From Octopus vulgaris (taxonomy: Eukaryota), in contig OX597824.1 of assembly GCA_951406725.2 (NCBI GenBank), forward strand, positions 74,772,001-74,836,000: a DNA stretch of 64,000 nucleotides, written 5' to 3'. How positions within the stretch are numbered: position 1 is the first letter of the stretch; each line of letters opens with the position of its first letter. The translations under genes were made by a program, and so were the position numbers. Below, one piece after another: positions 15,305 through 28,849 of the stretch. The notes beneath the pieces are model-generated. The model searched no databases, was not told the DNA's origin, and worked only from the letters and a program-made list of their open reading frames with translations.

Positions 15305-15598
15305 TGTTCGTTCCTTCTCGAGCCATACCTGGCTTATAAGGGCCGGTTTCCCGGTTTCATTGGTGTACAGGTTCCCCACCTGGACGGGACGCCGGTCCGT
15401 CGCAGGTGAGTTGCCAGATGAAAGAGTGAGAGAAAGTTGTGGCGAAAGAGTCAGCAGATGTTCGCCATTACCTTCTGCCGGAGTCGCGTGGAGCTTAGGT
15501 GTGTCGCTCATAAACACACACATCCCCCGGTCTGAGATTCGAACCCGCGATCTCTCGACCGCGAGTCCGCTGCTCTAACCACTAGACCATGTGCCTCC
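15305..15598 (-). mobile_element. SINE family C
   Basis: Same head and body as 7781-8078; TSD CACATTGGTGGT. Confidence 0.9.
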
Positions 15599-15611
15599 AC
15601 ATTGGTGGTGG

Positions 15612-15944
15612 TGGAACAGCCTGCTCGTGAAATTAACGTGTAAGTGGCTGAGCACTCCACAGACACGTGTACCCTTAACGTAGTTCTCGGGGATATTCAG
15701 CGTGACACAGAGAGTGACAAGGCTGGCCCTTTGAAATACAGGTACAACAGAAACAGGAAGTAAGAGTGAGAGAAAGTTGTGGTGAAAGAGTACAGCAGGG
15801 ATCACCACCATCCCCTGCCGGAGCCTCGTGGAACTTTTAGGTGTTTTCGCTCAATAAACACTCACAACGCCCGGTCTGGGAATCGAAACCGCGATCCTAT
15901 GACCGCGAGTCCGCTGCCCTAACCACTGGGCCATTGCGCCTCCA
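15612..15944 (-). mobile_element. tRNA-derived SINE related to family C with a different 3' part
   Basis: Head GGAGGCGCAATGGCCCAGTGGTTAGGGCAGCGGACTCGCGG...GGTTTCGATTCC; its 3' part also occurs at about 5090-5250 and 20310-20405. Confidence 0.85.
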
Positions 15945-16254
15945 CACATTGGTGGTATGTATATACACAAGACTTCTTATAAGGGCTCAAAACATCTCAA
16001 GGTGTAAGCACAATGTCAACGAGGAAATTTATACGTACATTCCACCCTTCTATATTTTTACTCAACGTAGGATAACTCTGCTGGCCACCGATATAATGCT
16101 GAAGATCAGGTCATCGAAGATATTATATTTTGGAGATTTCCGAACCATAATACGGGAAAACCACTGGACTAGTCTAGTCTCATCTATTAGTTGCAGACTC
16201 GTCAGCAGTGTCTATCCACCATTGCTCTGATGGTACAGCTAAAAATCTTCTCTC

Positions 16255-16497
16255 CAGACCGGGCGTTGTGTGTGTTTATTGAGCGAAAACATCTAAAGCT
16301 CCACGAGGCTCCGGCAGGAGGTGGTGGCGACCCCTGTTGTACTCTTTCGCCCCAACTTTCTCTTTCTCTCACTCTTTCTTCCTGTTTCTTGAGTAACGCT
16401 GCGATGGACTGGCGTCCCGTCCAGCTGGGGGGGGGCACATACGCCACAGAAACCGGGAAACCGGGCCCATGAGCCTGGCTAGGCTTGAAAAGGGCGC

Positions 16498-16498
<1 letters not shown>
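16255..16498 (+). mobile_element. SINE family C-related, 5'-truncated
   Basis: Shares the GCGATGGACTGGCGTCCCGTCCAG...GAAACCGGG 3' domain with 41425-41665. Confidence 0.8.
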
Positions 16499-16524
<26 letters not shown>

Positions 16525-16529
<5 letters not shown>

Positions 16530-16793
16530 ATACTCGCAGCAAGTATAGATGGGCTGGACACGTTGCCCGGCTCACCGATAATCGGTGGACGCACGCAGCT
16601 GTCGAGTGGTACCCGCGTGAGCGGAAAAGACCACCCGGAAGACCTCCACGACGGTGGAGTGACGATTTCAAGAGGACGATTGGGATCATGTGGATGAGAA
16701 AGGCGCGATCCAGAGAGGAGTGGACAGCGTGCCGTGACCAGCGGTGTCAAAATGGACGCCTGACGGACTGGTCGGTCAAAGTGATCAAAGTGA
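16525..16793 (+). mobile_element. RTE-clade LINE 3' end
   Basis: [17 protein letters not shown]...[20 protein letters not shown]...REEW; tail (CAAAGTGAT)2; inserted in (TA)n. Confidence 0.9.
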
Positions 16794-16813
16794 TATATAT
16801 ATATATATGTATA

Positions 16814-16938
<125 letters not shown>

Positions 16939-17124
16939 GTATATATATATACACGCTTGTGTGTGCGCGCGCGCGCGTGTGTGTGTGTGTGTGTTAGTTA
17001 AATAAGATCAGAGTAAAAACCTCGTAGGTAAAGTTAATTTTATATCTTGGATGCCTAATACTGATCATACATCTCATCAATGTACTGCAAGTGTAAGCGT
17101 GTGTCGAAATAATCGTACATATTA

Positions 17125-17172
<48 letters not shown>

Positions 17173-17989
17173 CACACACCACACAAGTATGTGTGTGTGT
17201 GTGTGCGTGTGTGTTTGTTATCTTCTAGCCAATATTTCTCAACCGTGATTGGTTACCACATACATGAATACATAGTAACGCTGAATTTACTATAGAATAA
17301 CGAAGGGAAATAACTCCAGTCAGATTGGACATATGTCTCACTGTGTGACTTGAATTATAAAAAAAAAAAAAAAAAAAAAAAATGACGCGGCAATTTAATA
17401 CTGAAGTGACTGCTCTTTTTTCTTTTCTCACAGTACTTTAATTATAAAGGCTCTAACTTGACTGTTTTATTTGTTCGAATTGCTTTTCAGGCTGAACTGA
17501 CCCAGTTTTATGATTTTTTTATAAACCAAATTCAAACCCAATTGGGATCACTCATCTAGAGCAGTGGTTTTCAACTGGGGTCCATACGGCCCCTGAAGAT
17601 CCATATAAGAATTTTGGGGGTCCACATAACAAAATAATAAAATAGGAATCCACAATAATATTTTAAAGGTCACTGGAAAAATTTTACTTTTGATGCATGT
17701 ATTTGCATGTATCGTCGAGCTCAACAGATCTTCCAGGACGAAATTAACCCGTCTACGAATGATGTAGCTAACAAACTCTTCCCCAAGGTTTGGTTATCGG
17801 TCGCCACTGTATTGGATGACTATCAAGTTGTGGAGACATCGAGGCAACCTCGTATTTGTTTATATGACGACTGCTTGAGACTCCGAAATTTTTGACTAAC
17901 GCCAGTGTAATAGTATAATACAGAATGTTGTGTGTGACTTTTACCTGAGAATGTACCTTAAGAATGTAATAAAACTATAAAACAAAGTT

Positions 17990-18054
17990 ACGTAAGCCTA
18001 TAGGCCGACTTACGACCAAATCGACTTTGTGGTCGTAAGTCGACGACGACCTGT
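17990..18054. mobile_element. Tigger/pogo-like MITE right end
   Basis: Ends CGTAAGTCGACGACGACCTG-TA with an internal CGACTTACGACC inverted repeat. Confidence 0.55.
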
Positions 18055-18065
18055 ATATATATATA

Positions 18066-18392
18066 TGCATGGCTCAGTGGTTAGAGCGTCGAGCTTACGA
18101 TCGTGAGGTTGTGAGCTCGAATCCCGGACCGGGCTGCGTGTTGTGTTCTCGAGCAAGGCACTTTATTTCACGTTGCTCCACTTCACTCAGCTGTAGAAAT
18201 GAGTTGCGACGTCACTGGTGCCAAGCTGTATCGACCTTTGTCTTTCCCTTGGATAACACTGGTGGCGTGGAGAGGGGAGGCTGGTATGCATGGGCGACTG
18301 CTGGCCTTCCATAAAAACAACCTTGCCCAGACTTGTGTCTAGGAGGGTAACTTTCTAGGTGCAATCCCATGGTCATTCATGACCGAAGGGGG

Positions 18393-18397
<5 letters not shown>
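18066..18397 (+). mobile_element. tRNA-derived SINE (further family)
   Basis: TGGCTCAGTGGTTAGAGCG...TCGAATCC tRNA-like head followed by a SINE body; inserted in (TA)n. Confidence 0.82.
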
Positions 18398-18475
<78 letters not shown>

Positions 18476-18566
18476 CATACATACATAAATACATATATAT
18501 ATATATATATATATGCTAGCATGGAAAACGGACGCTAAACGATGATGATGATGATGATGATGTTGA

Positions 18567-18602
<36 letters not shown>

Positions 18603-18669
18603 GCATTCGCCATGATAGATCGGTAGCCACTACATACATTTTTTTCTCTCCTTGTTTCTTTCTGTGTTC

Positions 18670-18705
18670 CTTTCTGTGGAAGAGCGTAGGCTCGAAACAT
18701 TAAAG
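18670..18705 (+). ncRNA. Minimal hammerhead-ribozyme-like motif in a Penelope-type repeat (about 18605-18800)
   Basis: CTTT-CTGTGGAA-GAGC-GTAG-GCTC-GAAACAT-T-AAAG: stems I and II pair, the core is a variant and stem III carries one mutation. Confidence 0.55.
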
Positions 18706-19522
18706 ACTTTTTCAATTCCCGAGCGTTATACTAATACATCTGTTTGTTTTCTACACCACCTTTCTTCGTGTTTTGTTTTCTTCATGAATTCTCCACCCCA
18801 CCTATATATATATATATATATCCAACAACCACATCATCTAATGTGTATTTCTCTATTTCGTTTTCAAAGTCGGTCGGGTATGCTTTGAAGGAAAACTAAC
18901 CGAAGAATGTCGAGACGTTGCTTTGAAAGTTTATCAAGAATTTTAAGTCGTCTGATGGCTTTTTAGTTGTATATTGATTGACGACTGTTTGAGATGATAA
19001 GAGGTAATCCGATGGATTAGTTTTATTATGTTATTTTCAATAAAATTAATGACAAGACACAGAGGAGTTTTCATTTATCTTAATCATTATTTTTGTTTGT
19101 AGTCGCCATTTATGAAGCACGCGCGTGCAGTTATGAAATAATGTGATAGTATCTCAACAGAGATATGCAAGCAAAAGGTGAGGTGGATGGTGGTTTGAAG
19201 ATATAGGCAGATTTTTTGTAGGAGCGTGGGAGTATTTGGTAACGGAAGGCAGTAGTTTAGGCAGGCAGGAAGGAGAAAGTGGGTAACTAGATTCCATAAT
19301 TCAATATAAGGCAAGCAGAGGCGATAACTAAAGCTCGGGGATTAGATGTTATAAGTAAGAGAGAGAGGGAGAGGGAGAGAGGGAGAGAGAGAGGAGAGAG
19401 GAGAGAGACGGGGGTGGGAAGAATAAAGGCCAGCAAAGTATGCATGAGTCAATCGAAGGAATGAACCTAGAGGAAAATTAATGATTCATTTGATGACTCA
19501 CAAAGGGCGGACTGCTTGTTTG

Positions 19523-19564
<42 letters not shown>

Positions 19565-19599
19565 GTAAATATGTATGTGTGTATATGTGTGTTTGCCTA

Positions 19600-19644
<45 letters not shown>

Positions 19645-19693
19645 CATTATACGTTATAAATATATGTATTTATGTATGCTTGCATGTATGCAG

Positions 19694-19724
<31 letters not shown>

Positions 19725-20803
19725 TGTATGTATGTATGTACGTACGTACGTATGTATGTATGTATGTATGTATGTATGTATGTATGTATGTATGAATGCA
19801 TGCACGTATGTAAGTATCTTAAAGTTGTATACCGCAGATAATCGCATTGATCGCCAAATCCTTAACCACACGAAATTGCAGTTCAAATAGCGTTGTGTGA
19901 ATTTTTAATTCGCTGGAACTGAGCGCTCTTCTGTGCGAGAAACAATTTTTCTTCTTTATATAAAGAACTTCCTGTCAATAGACTTCCTGTTTCTTCCATG
20001 TGTGCTTTATTCATTTATTTAGCTTTTTATGTATTTACTTATTTATTTATAGATTGATTTTAATCAATGAAACTTCTTCGATTAAAATAAATCGAATGGC
20101 AGTGAATATTTCAAGGACTAAAGGTGGTGAGCACGCTTGGCGAAATGTTCGGTAGCATTTCATCCGTCCTTACGTTCTGGGTTCAAATTTCGCCGAGGTC
20201 GACTTTGCTTTTCATCCTTTCGCGGTCAGTAAAAAACAGTACAAGTTGAGGACTAGGGTCGATGAAGTTGCTGGCTCCCCGAAATTGCTGAATCAGACTT
20301 CTTAACTGGCACTCCGTCAGTTCCAGTTGACCCGATCAACAGAACAGTCTGCTTGTGAAATTAAGGTGCAATTAGCTGAGCACTCCACTGACACTCGTAC
20401 CCTTAGGACGTTTGAGGGCAGCAAATATAAAAAAAAAATTGTCTTACCTCTAGGAAGAACATTACATGAATGCATGTGTATATGTAGAAAAGAGGTCAAT
20501 ACAATACTTTTTAGGGAAATGTTAGAGTCTGAAATGTGTTTATATTTCCATTCCGTTAACCTGTAGTGTCGATTGAACGAACGAAATTGCTGTCCGGAAT
20601 ATGAATGCCGGTCTATCTCTCATGCAACGAGAAACACGCACATAATCAAACACACACACACACGCGCGCGCGCACACGCACGCACGCACGCACGCAAAGA
20701 CATATTTCAAGCACACTTCCTAAACACGGCATACATATGTAAATATAAATGTATGTATGTATGTATGCATATGTATGTATGTGTATGTATATGTTTGTAT
20801 ATA

Positions 20804-20853
<50 letters not shown>

Positions 20854-21103
20854 TATACACAATTCCATGTATGTATATATGGTGTGTATAGCGAATAATT
20901 GTAACTCTTAAGCGGTGCTCACGAAATCAGGTGTAAAGACAACACCAGTTCTATCTATCTGTCTATCTATCTCTGTATCTCTCTATCTCTCTGTCTGTCT
21001 GTTGTATACATACATATACACATCCACAGATGTATGTATATATGTATATGAATGAATGTATGCACAAATGCGTGTTTATTTGCATGAATATGTTTATGAG
21101 TGT

Positions 21104-21140
<37 letters not shown>

Positions 21141-22164
21141 TATGTCTTTGTGTATATATGCCAAGTGGGTTTATGTATGAAGTTAGTAATTGGTTAGGTT
21201 AGGTAAATTCTATATTGTATTGTGATTGGTTAGTGTTTTGGTAGAATGTTCGGTTGTAGTTCTGTGGGAGTGGTTATGCAACGAACAGTAGCGTCTATGG
21301 CAGTGTTTTATTGTTAAATCTATTTTGTTAATTTTGTCGAGTCTGTAATTTATGATTTGAAAATTTTCTGTTAATTGGAAAATTTTACTTGTGGTTTTCT
21401 GCGTGTTTATTTCAATGGAGTTCTTGAAATATGGCTAGAATCTTATTTCTTCAAATAATTTGTTTATTAATTGCATGTTTCTACGTGTTATAAGGGCAGG
21501 ATTATCATATGGTATTTATTTGCCTAAGAATTCAAAGGAATATTTGGGTATTTTTTCTGAAGTTGTTTGTAAATATATTCTTTCATGCTTGCAAAAATTT
21601 GAACATATACAAATAAGATTTAAATAAAAAAAAAAAAATTTAAAACACACAAAAGAATCGTGCGCAGATTTGCTGTCTGAAAATGCATATTAAGTCAACG
21701 TGAGAGGCTAATAGAAGTTTGACCAATGAGGTAATAGTTATGGAGTCAGCAACATGCGTCTTTTTCCTTTCATTTCTGTTAACCGTATTGATAACACATA
21801 AGTTGTTGTTGTTGTTGATGTTGTTCAACTTCAGTTCAGACCTATTTAAATAGACCCATGATCAATGGTGTAAAGGCGCATGGCCGAGTAATTAGGGTGT
21901 TGCACTCACGTTCGCGAGATCGTGGTTTCAATTCCTGGACTTGGTGCGCTGGTGCACAACACTTTATCTCAGGTTGTTGTGCAATCACTTTTTGACACCT
22001 GATGCTTGGCACACCGGGCACCTGTTCTGGCAAGGTCGATTTGATGGAGAGAGTGACCTAATGTACAACACAAAAGTTTGATCATTAGAAGCAAATCACT
22101 TGTAAAGAGGTTAATAAGCAAGAAATATTGCAGAACCGTCTTTCTCGGACTACGGGAAACTACA

Positions 22165-22557
22165 ATCCTCCTCCTCCTCGTCCTCTACCACCACCACCAC
22201 CACCACCACCACCCACCACCACCACCACCACCACCACCACCACCACCACCACCACCACCACCACCACCACCACCAATATCACCACCAATACCACCATCAA
22301 TACCGCTACCACCACCAACACCACCACCACCAGTACCACCACCATCAATACCACCACCAACACCACCACCACCACCACCAATATCATCACCAATACCACC
22401 ATCAATACCGCTACCACCACCACCACCACCACCACCAGTACCACCACCACCACCATCACAACCTCCTCCTCCTCCTCCTCATCATCATCACCATCATCAC
22501 CGCCGCCGCCGCCGCCGCCCACCACCACCACCACCACCACCACCACCATCATCATCG

Positions 22558-22623
<66 letters not shown>
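22165..22623. repeat. Compound trinucleotide low-complexity tract (CCT/CCA/CCG/CAT)
   Basis: Directly visible; contains an internal ~100-bp duplication. Confidence 0.95.
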
Positions 22624-22629
22624 ATGGTA

Positions 22630-22894
22630 TTGCAAGATCACTTATGGCATTGATCTAGCTTCAAAAATATAGCAGCCTAGTTTCCCTGAAATGGTACTTT
22701 GGCATCAAAGAAAGAAATGACACGTCGGACACCACTGCCCCGTGTGCTCTAAACTGGAACAAAAAAAAAACAAAAACAGCAACTGTGACCATTAGAGCAC
22801 ACGTGCAACGGTGTCCGACGAGTCCTTTCTTTCTGTGATGCCAAAAGCTGCTATTTTTTTAAAAGCTATATCAACCCCATAAGTGATCTTGCAA
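22630..22894. mobile_element. Foldback/MITE element
   Basis: TTGCAAGATCACTTATGG ... CCATAAGTGATCTTGCAA termini; imperfect pairing continues about 110 bp inward (GTCGGACACC/GGTGTCCGAC, GTGTGCTCTAA/TTAGAGCACAC). Confidence 0.85.
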
Positions 22895-23445
22895 GATTCT
22901 TAGCCTCATGATAGGGGAAAGCTTGCGCATCACAAACGACTTCCCTTTCTTATATTTCAAATATATGATAAGGGGCATTGCATTTTCTAGTATCTTACAA
23001 TATATTTATCTTCTTTTATGAGTATACACTTCCGCAGTCTTTAAATAATGTTGTCGTTGGTGGTGGCAGCGATTCTGAGACTTCCAGGACCTCTGTTGTT
23101 CTTGAGAGAACAGGAGAGATTTATTCTTAAACCGGAGTCTTGGTCCAAATACTTGCAGCAGAGTGTATTTTCCACTACTAAAGGTTTATAAATCAATACA
23201 GTTTAATTATTAAATCTAATTTCTCACGGCTGAAGTTCGTAGAACGCCTGCAAGGCAACACTAAATCGGCAACCAATTTTAAATTCAAGGCTTCACCATT
23301 GTCGCAACTTCCCAACACCCCTTGCACCTTTTGTAGTAATAAATTAATTCCAGTCAGCAATAAAGTTAAGTTGAAACATTATTATTCAGTCTCTCTTCTG
23401 TCTCACTATAGAATGCTGGAGACATTTTCGTTTCTTCGCTATTAC

Positions 23446-23559
<114 letters not shown>

Positions 23560-23643
23560 TATGGGCCACGTCATGTATCATAAATCTGTCAACTCGCCGA
23601 GATCAGTCATATTTTAGTTTATATAGTCACTGAAAGAGAGAGA

Positions 23644-23713
<70 letters not shown>

Positions 23714-24134
23714 GTGGGTGAGTAGCCAATTAAGAAGGCCAGACAGAATCGCCCGACCATAGCTTCAACGCTGACCGAAGACATAAATTCTTCTCAAAAA
23801 TGTAATCAAAGAAACCTACTGAACATTAAATTTAATTTATTGAAATAATTTAGGAAAAAAAAAAACCGAGTGACAAATGTCGGTGCTATGCTGAAGAAAA
23901 TGAAAATTAATATTTTTCTGTCATTCGATTTAAAAAAAAAAAAGAAGAATTCAATCAGAAAATAATCACAGTCACTTTGGAGACATTGGTGAGAAAATCG
24001 AAAAAGCGATGTTTCCGAATGAAAATACCACTTGTTATTTGATCCGCGAGTAGCGCAGGAACTTTCTTGTCACTCCTGCAGCTAAGAAAGAGAGGAATTG
24101 TTGACTAATTTCGTCTTTCTTAAGAAAGACTAAT

Positions 24135-24590
24135 CATCATCATCATTGTTCGACCGTGGTCGAGACAATGGAATTTATTATGCTACGCCAAACTTCACGG
24201 TCCATCATAGCACTCCAGAGGTCCTGTTGCTGGATGCCTGTATCCCTGGAGATTACATCAGGGTAGGAGAGTGTGCGCCCTCTGGTATCGCGAGTAGACG
24301 ACTTCAAGAGGAGAAGAGCAGAAATTACCTCGTTTTCAGCTCTACAACAATGTCCAGCAAACTGAACTCTTCTACCTTTCACAAGAGATGATATGAGAGA
24401 TTTTGAGCTCTCATAAGGAGGCGAGTGTAGGTTCCATCCAACCGCCTCTCAAGCTTCTTTGATAATGTACAGGTTTCTGAGCCATATAGTAGAATTGGTT
24501 CGACTGTGGCTTTGAAGATTTTAAGTTTGATATCTCTACTTAGATTTGATGACCAGATCTTATGCATATCATTACAGGCTGACCAGACAA
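24135..24590 (-). mobile_element. RTEX/RTE-like LINE 3' fragment
   Basis: KLKIFKATVEPILLYGSET...LDGTYTRLL and RRVQFAGHC...MMDREVWR; (TGA)n tail. Confidence 0.88.
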
Positions 24591-25898
24591 ATATCGTCTT
24601 TCCTTTCTTTAGGAATCATTTACGGTTATGGCTTTCAGCCACCGCTCGACTAAATTCGTCTTGTTTTAGATTCTTTAATATCTTACATTAACGATCTTAG
24701 CTTTTGTTCGAGTTGCTTCGTTTGTCTTAATACTAATTACAAATCATTTCCATTAGTATTTGTCAGCCTTCTCGATTTTCTAAAGTGCTGTATATATTTC
24801 TCAATACTCGGCCATACTGTCAACACTACTCCCTTTATTTTGCTCACTTCTTTTTATATCAATACTTAAATGCAAGAATGTGAAAAATTTCCAGCTTTTC
24901 AAGTAAACGCTGTTTTAGAATTTTCCTTGAAGTTATAGTGATATCTCACTAAGCATTCGATAAACGTAAGCATAAAATAAGATGTGTTAGTATAAGTTCC
25001 ATATACGTTTAATGATATCATCAACTCCTTCACTTTATTTATCAAAGCCGAAAGGATGAAAGGCAAAGTTGACCTCGGCGGAACTTGAACTCAGAACGTA
25101 GCGGCAGACGAAATACCGCGAAGAATTTTGCCCGGCGCGCTAACGTTTCTGCCAGCTCGCTGCCTTAACATATCCTACATATTGAGATCCTACATAATGG
25201 TGTTTTTCTGTTAAATATGCAATGTTTGGTTCAACGTCCTTGACCTAAATAGTTTTGTCTTTTTTTTTTTTTACATAAGCCAATCCATTTCTTTCGTCAT
25301 TCAGTAATTTATTCAGTGAACTACTGATTCAGTTTTAGTCTTATACAATGTCGGATAAGAGGCAATTATTCAGGACGTATTGTTTTGCTGTCATTTAATG
25401 ACCAGAATTCAGTTTGTCGTGAATTTTACGTAATTACTTCATTGTGCTCCAATTATTTCTTCTTTCGTCCTTTACTTGTTTCAGTCATTGGGTTGCGGCC
25501 AGGATGGAATACTGCCTAGAAGAGTTTTAGCCAAACGAATCCCTAGTACTTAATTTTGTAAGCTTAGTATCTATCCAGTGCCGAACCGCTAGTTTATGAG
25601 AATTATAAGGACGTAATCAAACCAATACTGGTTGTTAAACGGTGGTTGGGAGAAACGCAGAAACACAAACACATATACGAACGGCTTCCACACTGTTTCC
25701 GTTCACCAAATTCCTCATATGGTATTGGTCAACCTGGGATAATAGTAGAAGTTTCTGGGCAGTGGGACCGAACCTGAAACCACGTGGTTGTCAAGGCAGC
25801 TTCTTAACGACACAGCCATGCCTGCTTGAATTTCTTTTTCAGTAGAACCAATTTCGCATTTAAAAGGGTCAACCATCCATGATTTTACTTCAGTTTAA

Positions 25899-25961
<63 letters not shown>

Positions 25962-26584
25962 TATCGTCCAGAATCTGCTTCGAGATTTTCTAAAGTACTG
26001 CATATATTTCTCAAAACTCGGTCATATTGTCAAAGGGTTTTATTTTCCCTTTTTTTTTAAAAGTAAATTTGCTTGAAAAATTTCCAGGTTTTAAGTAAAC
26101 AGTGTTTTAGCATTTTCCTTGAAATTATAGTGATATCTCACTAAGCATTCGATAAACGTAAGCATAAAATAAGATATGTTAATATATGCTTCCATATACG
26201 TTTAATGATATCATCAATTACTTCACTTTCTACAAAATTAACCATAATATCGAAAAGGCGCTAAAATCTTCCTAAGCTTGATCAGCCATCGGACTTTTGT
26301 ACATAGAAGTCCTGCATCGCTTTCTGAATTATTATGATCATATGTGCTATATGATTTATTTCATTGATAATTTAACAATTAATTAAATGTTTCAGGTGCA
26401 AACACGGCTGAGTGGTTAAAAGCACACTTTGTGGGTTCAACCCCACAACAGATGTTGGTTTGAGATCGATAGAACATGAACCAGACTGGAGTCAATTTGT
26501 CTGACGAAGCCCTTCGAGGTGGTGCCCCAGCATGGCCGCAGTTCGACGAACTGAAACAAGTAAACAAAAATAAAGAAAAAAGAC

Positions 26585-26990
26585 ACTCTTTACTCTTTAC
26601 TCTTTTACTTGTTTCAGTCATTTGACTGCGGCCATGCTGGAGCACCGCCTTTAGTCGAGCAAATCGACCCCGGGACTTACTCTTTGTAAGCCCAGTACTT
26701 ATTCTATTGGTCTCTTTTGCCGAACCGCTAAGTGACGGGGACGTAAACACGCCAGCATCGGTTGTCAAGCAATCCTAGGGGGACAAACACAGACACACAA
26801 ACATATACACACACTCACATATATATACGACGGGCTTCTTTCAGTTTCCGTCTACCAAATCCACTCACAAGGCATTGGTCGGCACGGGGCTATAGCAGAA
26901 GACACTTGCCCAAGATGCCACGCAGTGGGACTGAACCCGGAACCATGTGGTTGTTTAGCAAGCTACTTACCACACAGCCACTCCTGCGCC
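26585..26990 (-). mobile_element. SINE family A, full length
   Basis: Reverse complement of 12860-13270. Confidence 0.93.
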
Positions 26991-27496
26991 TGAGGTATAT
27001 TAAAATGAATAATGCACAATTGGATTCATGTTTTTGCTTCTAGATTGTGTCTGTGAACAATGCAATGTTAGAATGACTCTAGGACATATTCTCGTTCAAA
27101 TGTGCTACGAGGCCTTTCAATTTTCGTTTACTGAGGTAGCACTCTGCGGTAAGCGTAATCGATATAAAAATTCCTAACAGATCTTTATTTTCATAAAACC
27201 ACGATCATAATTCAATACAAATATACTCCCTAGTAATATTAGTTTTTAGGTATTTTTTTAAAATAGCATGTATTCTTTCAGTGAATAGACACCATTAAAA
27301 TAATATGCCTTGATGAGGATCTTGTTAACAACAACTGTAGACTTAACATGAAATGTTAAATTTGTTTTTACCGGTTTTCAACTTGTTCTACAATATTCAC
27401 AGATATTTTATAATTTGTCTTCGGAACGAAACATTGGTTAATGATAAACTTTCACAGATATTTGAAGGATGTCCATAAACCATATTCGATATAATA

Positions 27497-28053
27497 TTGG
27501 GTTGTCCAGAAAGTTCGTGCCGATTTATAGTAGCTTACCTTTCGACTTATTTTAGAATATGGTTGAGTCCATAAAATAGGATATGACTACACCTTCATTT
27601 AGAGCACAGTTTAAGCTATCTTTTCGTGGAAGAAGGTTTATGTTCCTATAACCTGTGTTAATTCTGTAACCCTTTAAAATGGAAGATAAGAAAGTTCATT
27701 TTCGGCACTTGATGCTTTGGGAACCAGACAAAAATTGCTGCAGCTCGGCTGAAATGTGTTACCCCACCCTCCATATTCACCAGATATTGCTCCTTCGAAT
27801 TTCCACTTATTCAGGTCTCTGCAGAATAGTCTTAATGGTAAAAATTTCAATTCCTTGGATGACGTAAAAAGATACCTTGATGAATTCTTTGCCATGAAAC
27901 CACCTCAATTCTGGGAAGAGGGTATTTTCAAGTTAAAGGAAAGATGGAGACGTATTGTGCAACAAAATTTGCTTGATTAAAAATGTAATGGCAAATATTT
28001 ATTGACCCTTTTCTTTCCTTCAAAAATCGGCACAAACTTTCCGGACAACTCAA
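27497..28053 (+). mobile_element. Internally deleted mariner element
   Basis: TIRs TTGGGTTGTCCAGAAAGTTCGTGCCGATTT / AAATCGGCACAAACTTTCCGGACAACTCAA with TA at the left; MEDKKVHFRHLML is fused to the C-terminal HPPYSPDIAPSNFHLF. Confidence 0.92.
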
Positions 28054-28849
28054 TGGTTTCTAACAAAGGATGTGTTCGTTCATAGTCAATTTTTGTAACA
28101 ATTTTTGCAACAATTTTTGCAATCTTATATGACATAACGTTAGCTTCAGATTGAAAAAAAAAATTAAAAACTTGAAAACTATTTTTAAGCAGCAACCTAT
28201 TTTATTCTCTTTTCATCTTTCTCTTTTCATGTGTAATAACTGCTTTACGAACGTCAGTGGCCACAGACTTCGATGCTAAAGTCTGATAATTTACGAGCTT
28301 TTAAGAAGGAAAGTTACAACAGTGGTTTGCACTACTTCTGCTGCTTTATTTACAGTTTATTCTGTTAGTCTCCCGTCCTTCCGAATTTACCTTTTAGCCA
28401 AAGAAGCTATGAAACCCTTAATTAAAGGAACCGGATTATGTGACACCAGGGTATGTCCACACACTGATGAGTCTGTATAACATATATCTAGGACCCAAAC
28501 CTTTCTCCGAGTCATGTATACCTACACCACAGGCCCATCTATTATTTGACTCATAAGTAGGGGTCTTTGACAAGTGCTAACACTACGGGTCAAAGAGAAC
28601 ACGAGAGTAGTGGTGATTATGGGGTAACTCTTAACTCGGCAAAACTGCTGAAGTCCCGAGCGAAGCTTTACTACCGGACGCAGTTTTGTAACAAAATATA
28701 TAAAATTAGATGACACCAATTAAAATCTTTGCAAGGTTAAAGGTAACAGAGACTAAGTTGATGTACTTCTCAAATACAAAGCTACTGCGACTGTAATTAA
28801 ACTTGTGTCACTATGTTATTAATTTAGTGTGTTTTTAGAACTGTTTAGT

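Larger units (their letters stand above)
15215..16250 (+). mobile_element. Degraded RTEX/RTE-like LINE 3' remnant interrupted by two SINEs
   Basis: YTRLLIRAQNIS...EEIY..IPP...QRR matches the YTRLLMRAQNLS segment of the element at 24135-24590. Confidence 0.65.

Noticed and set aside
21160-21640. Strand-biased segment possibly derived from a Penelope N-terminal region
   Set aside because: Only compositional resemblance; no diagnostic motif could be read.
22078-22658. Proline-rich (formin/extensin-like) or Thr-rich mucin ORFs
   Set aside because: Open in several frames on both strands because it is a trinucleotide repeat mosaic; no splice or domain context.
28460-28505. CTGATGAGTC...GACCCAAAC hammerhead-like string (also CTGAAGA...CGAAAC near 34773)
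   Set aside because: The GAAA core or the stems are broken; cannot be distinguished from chance.
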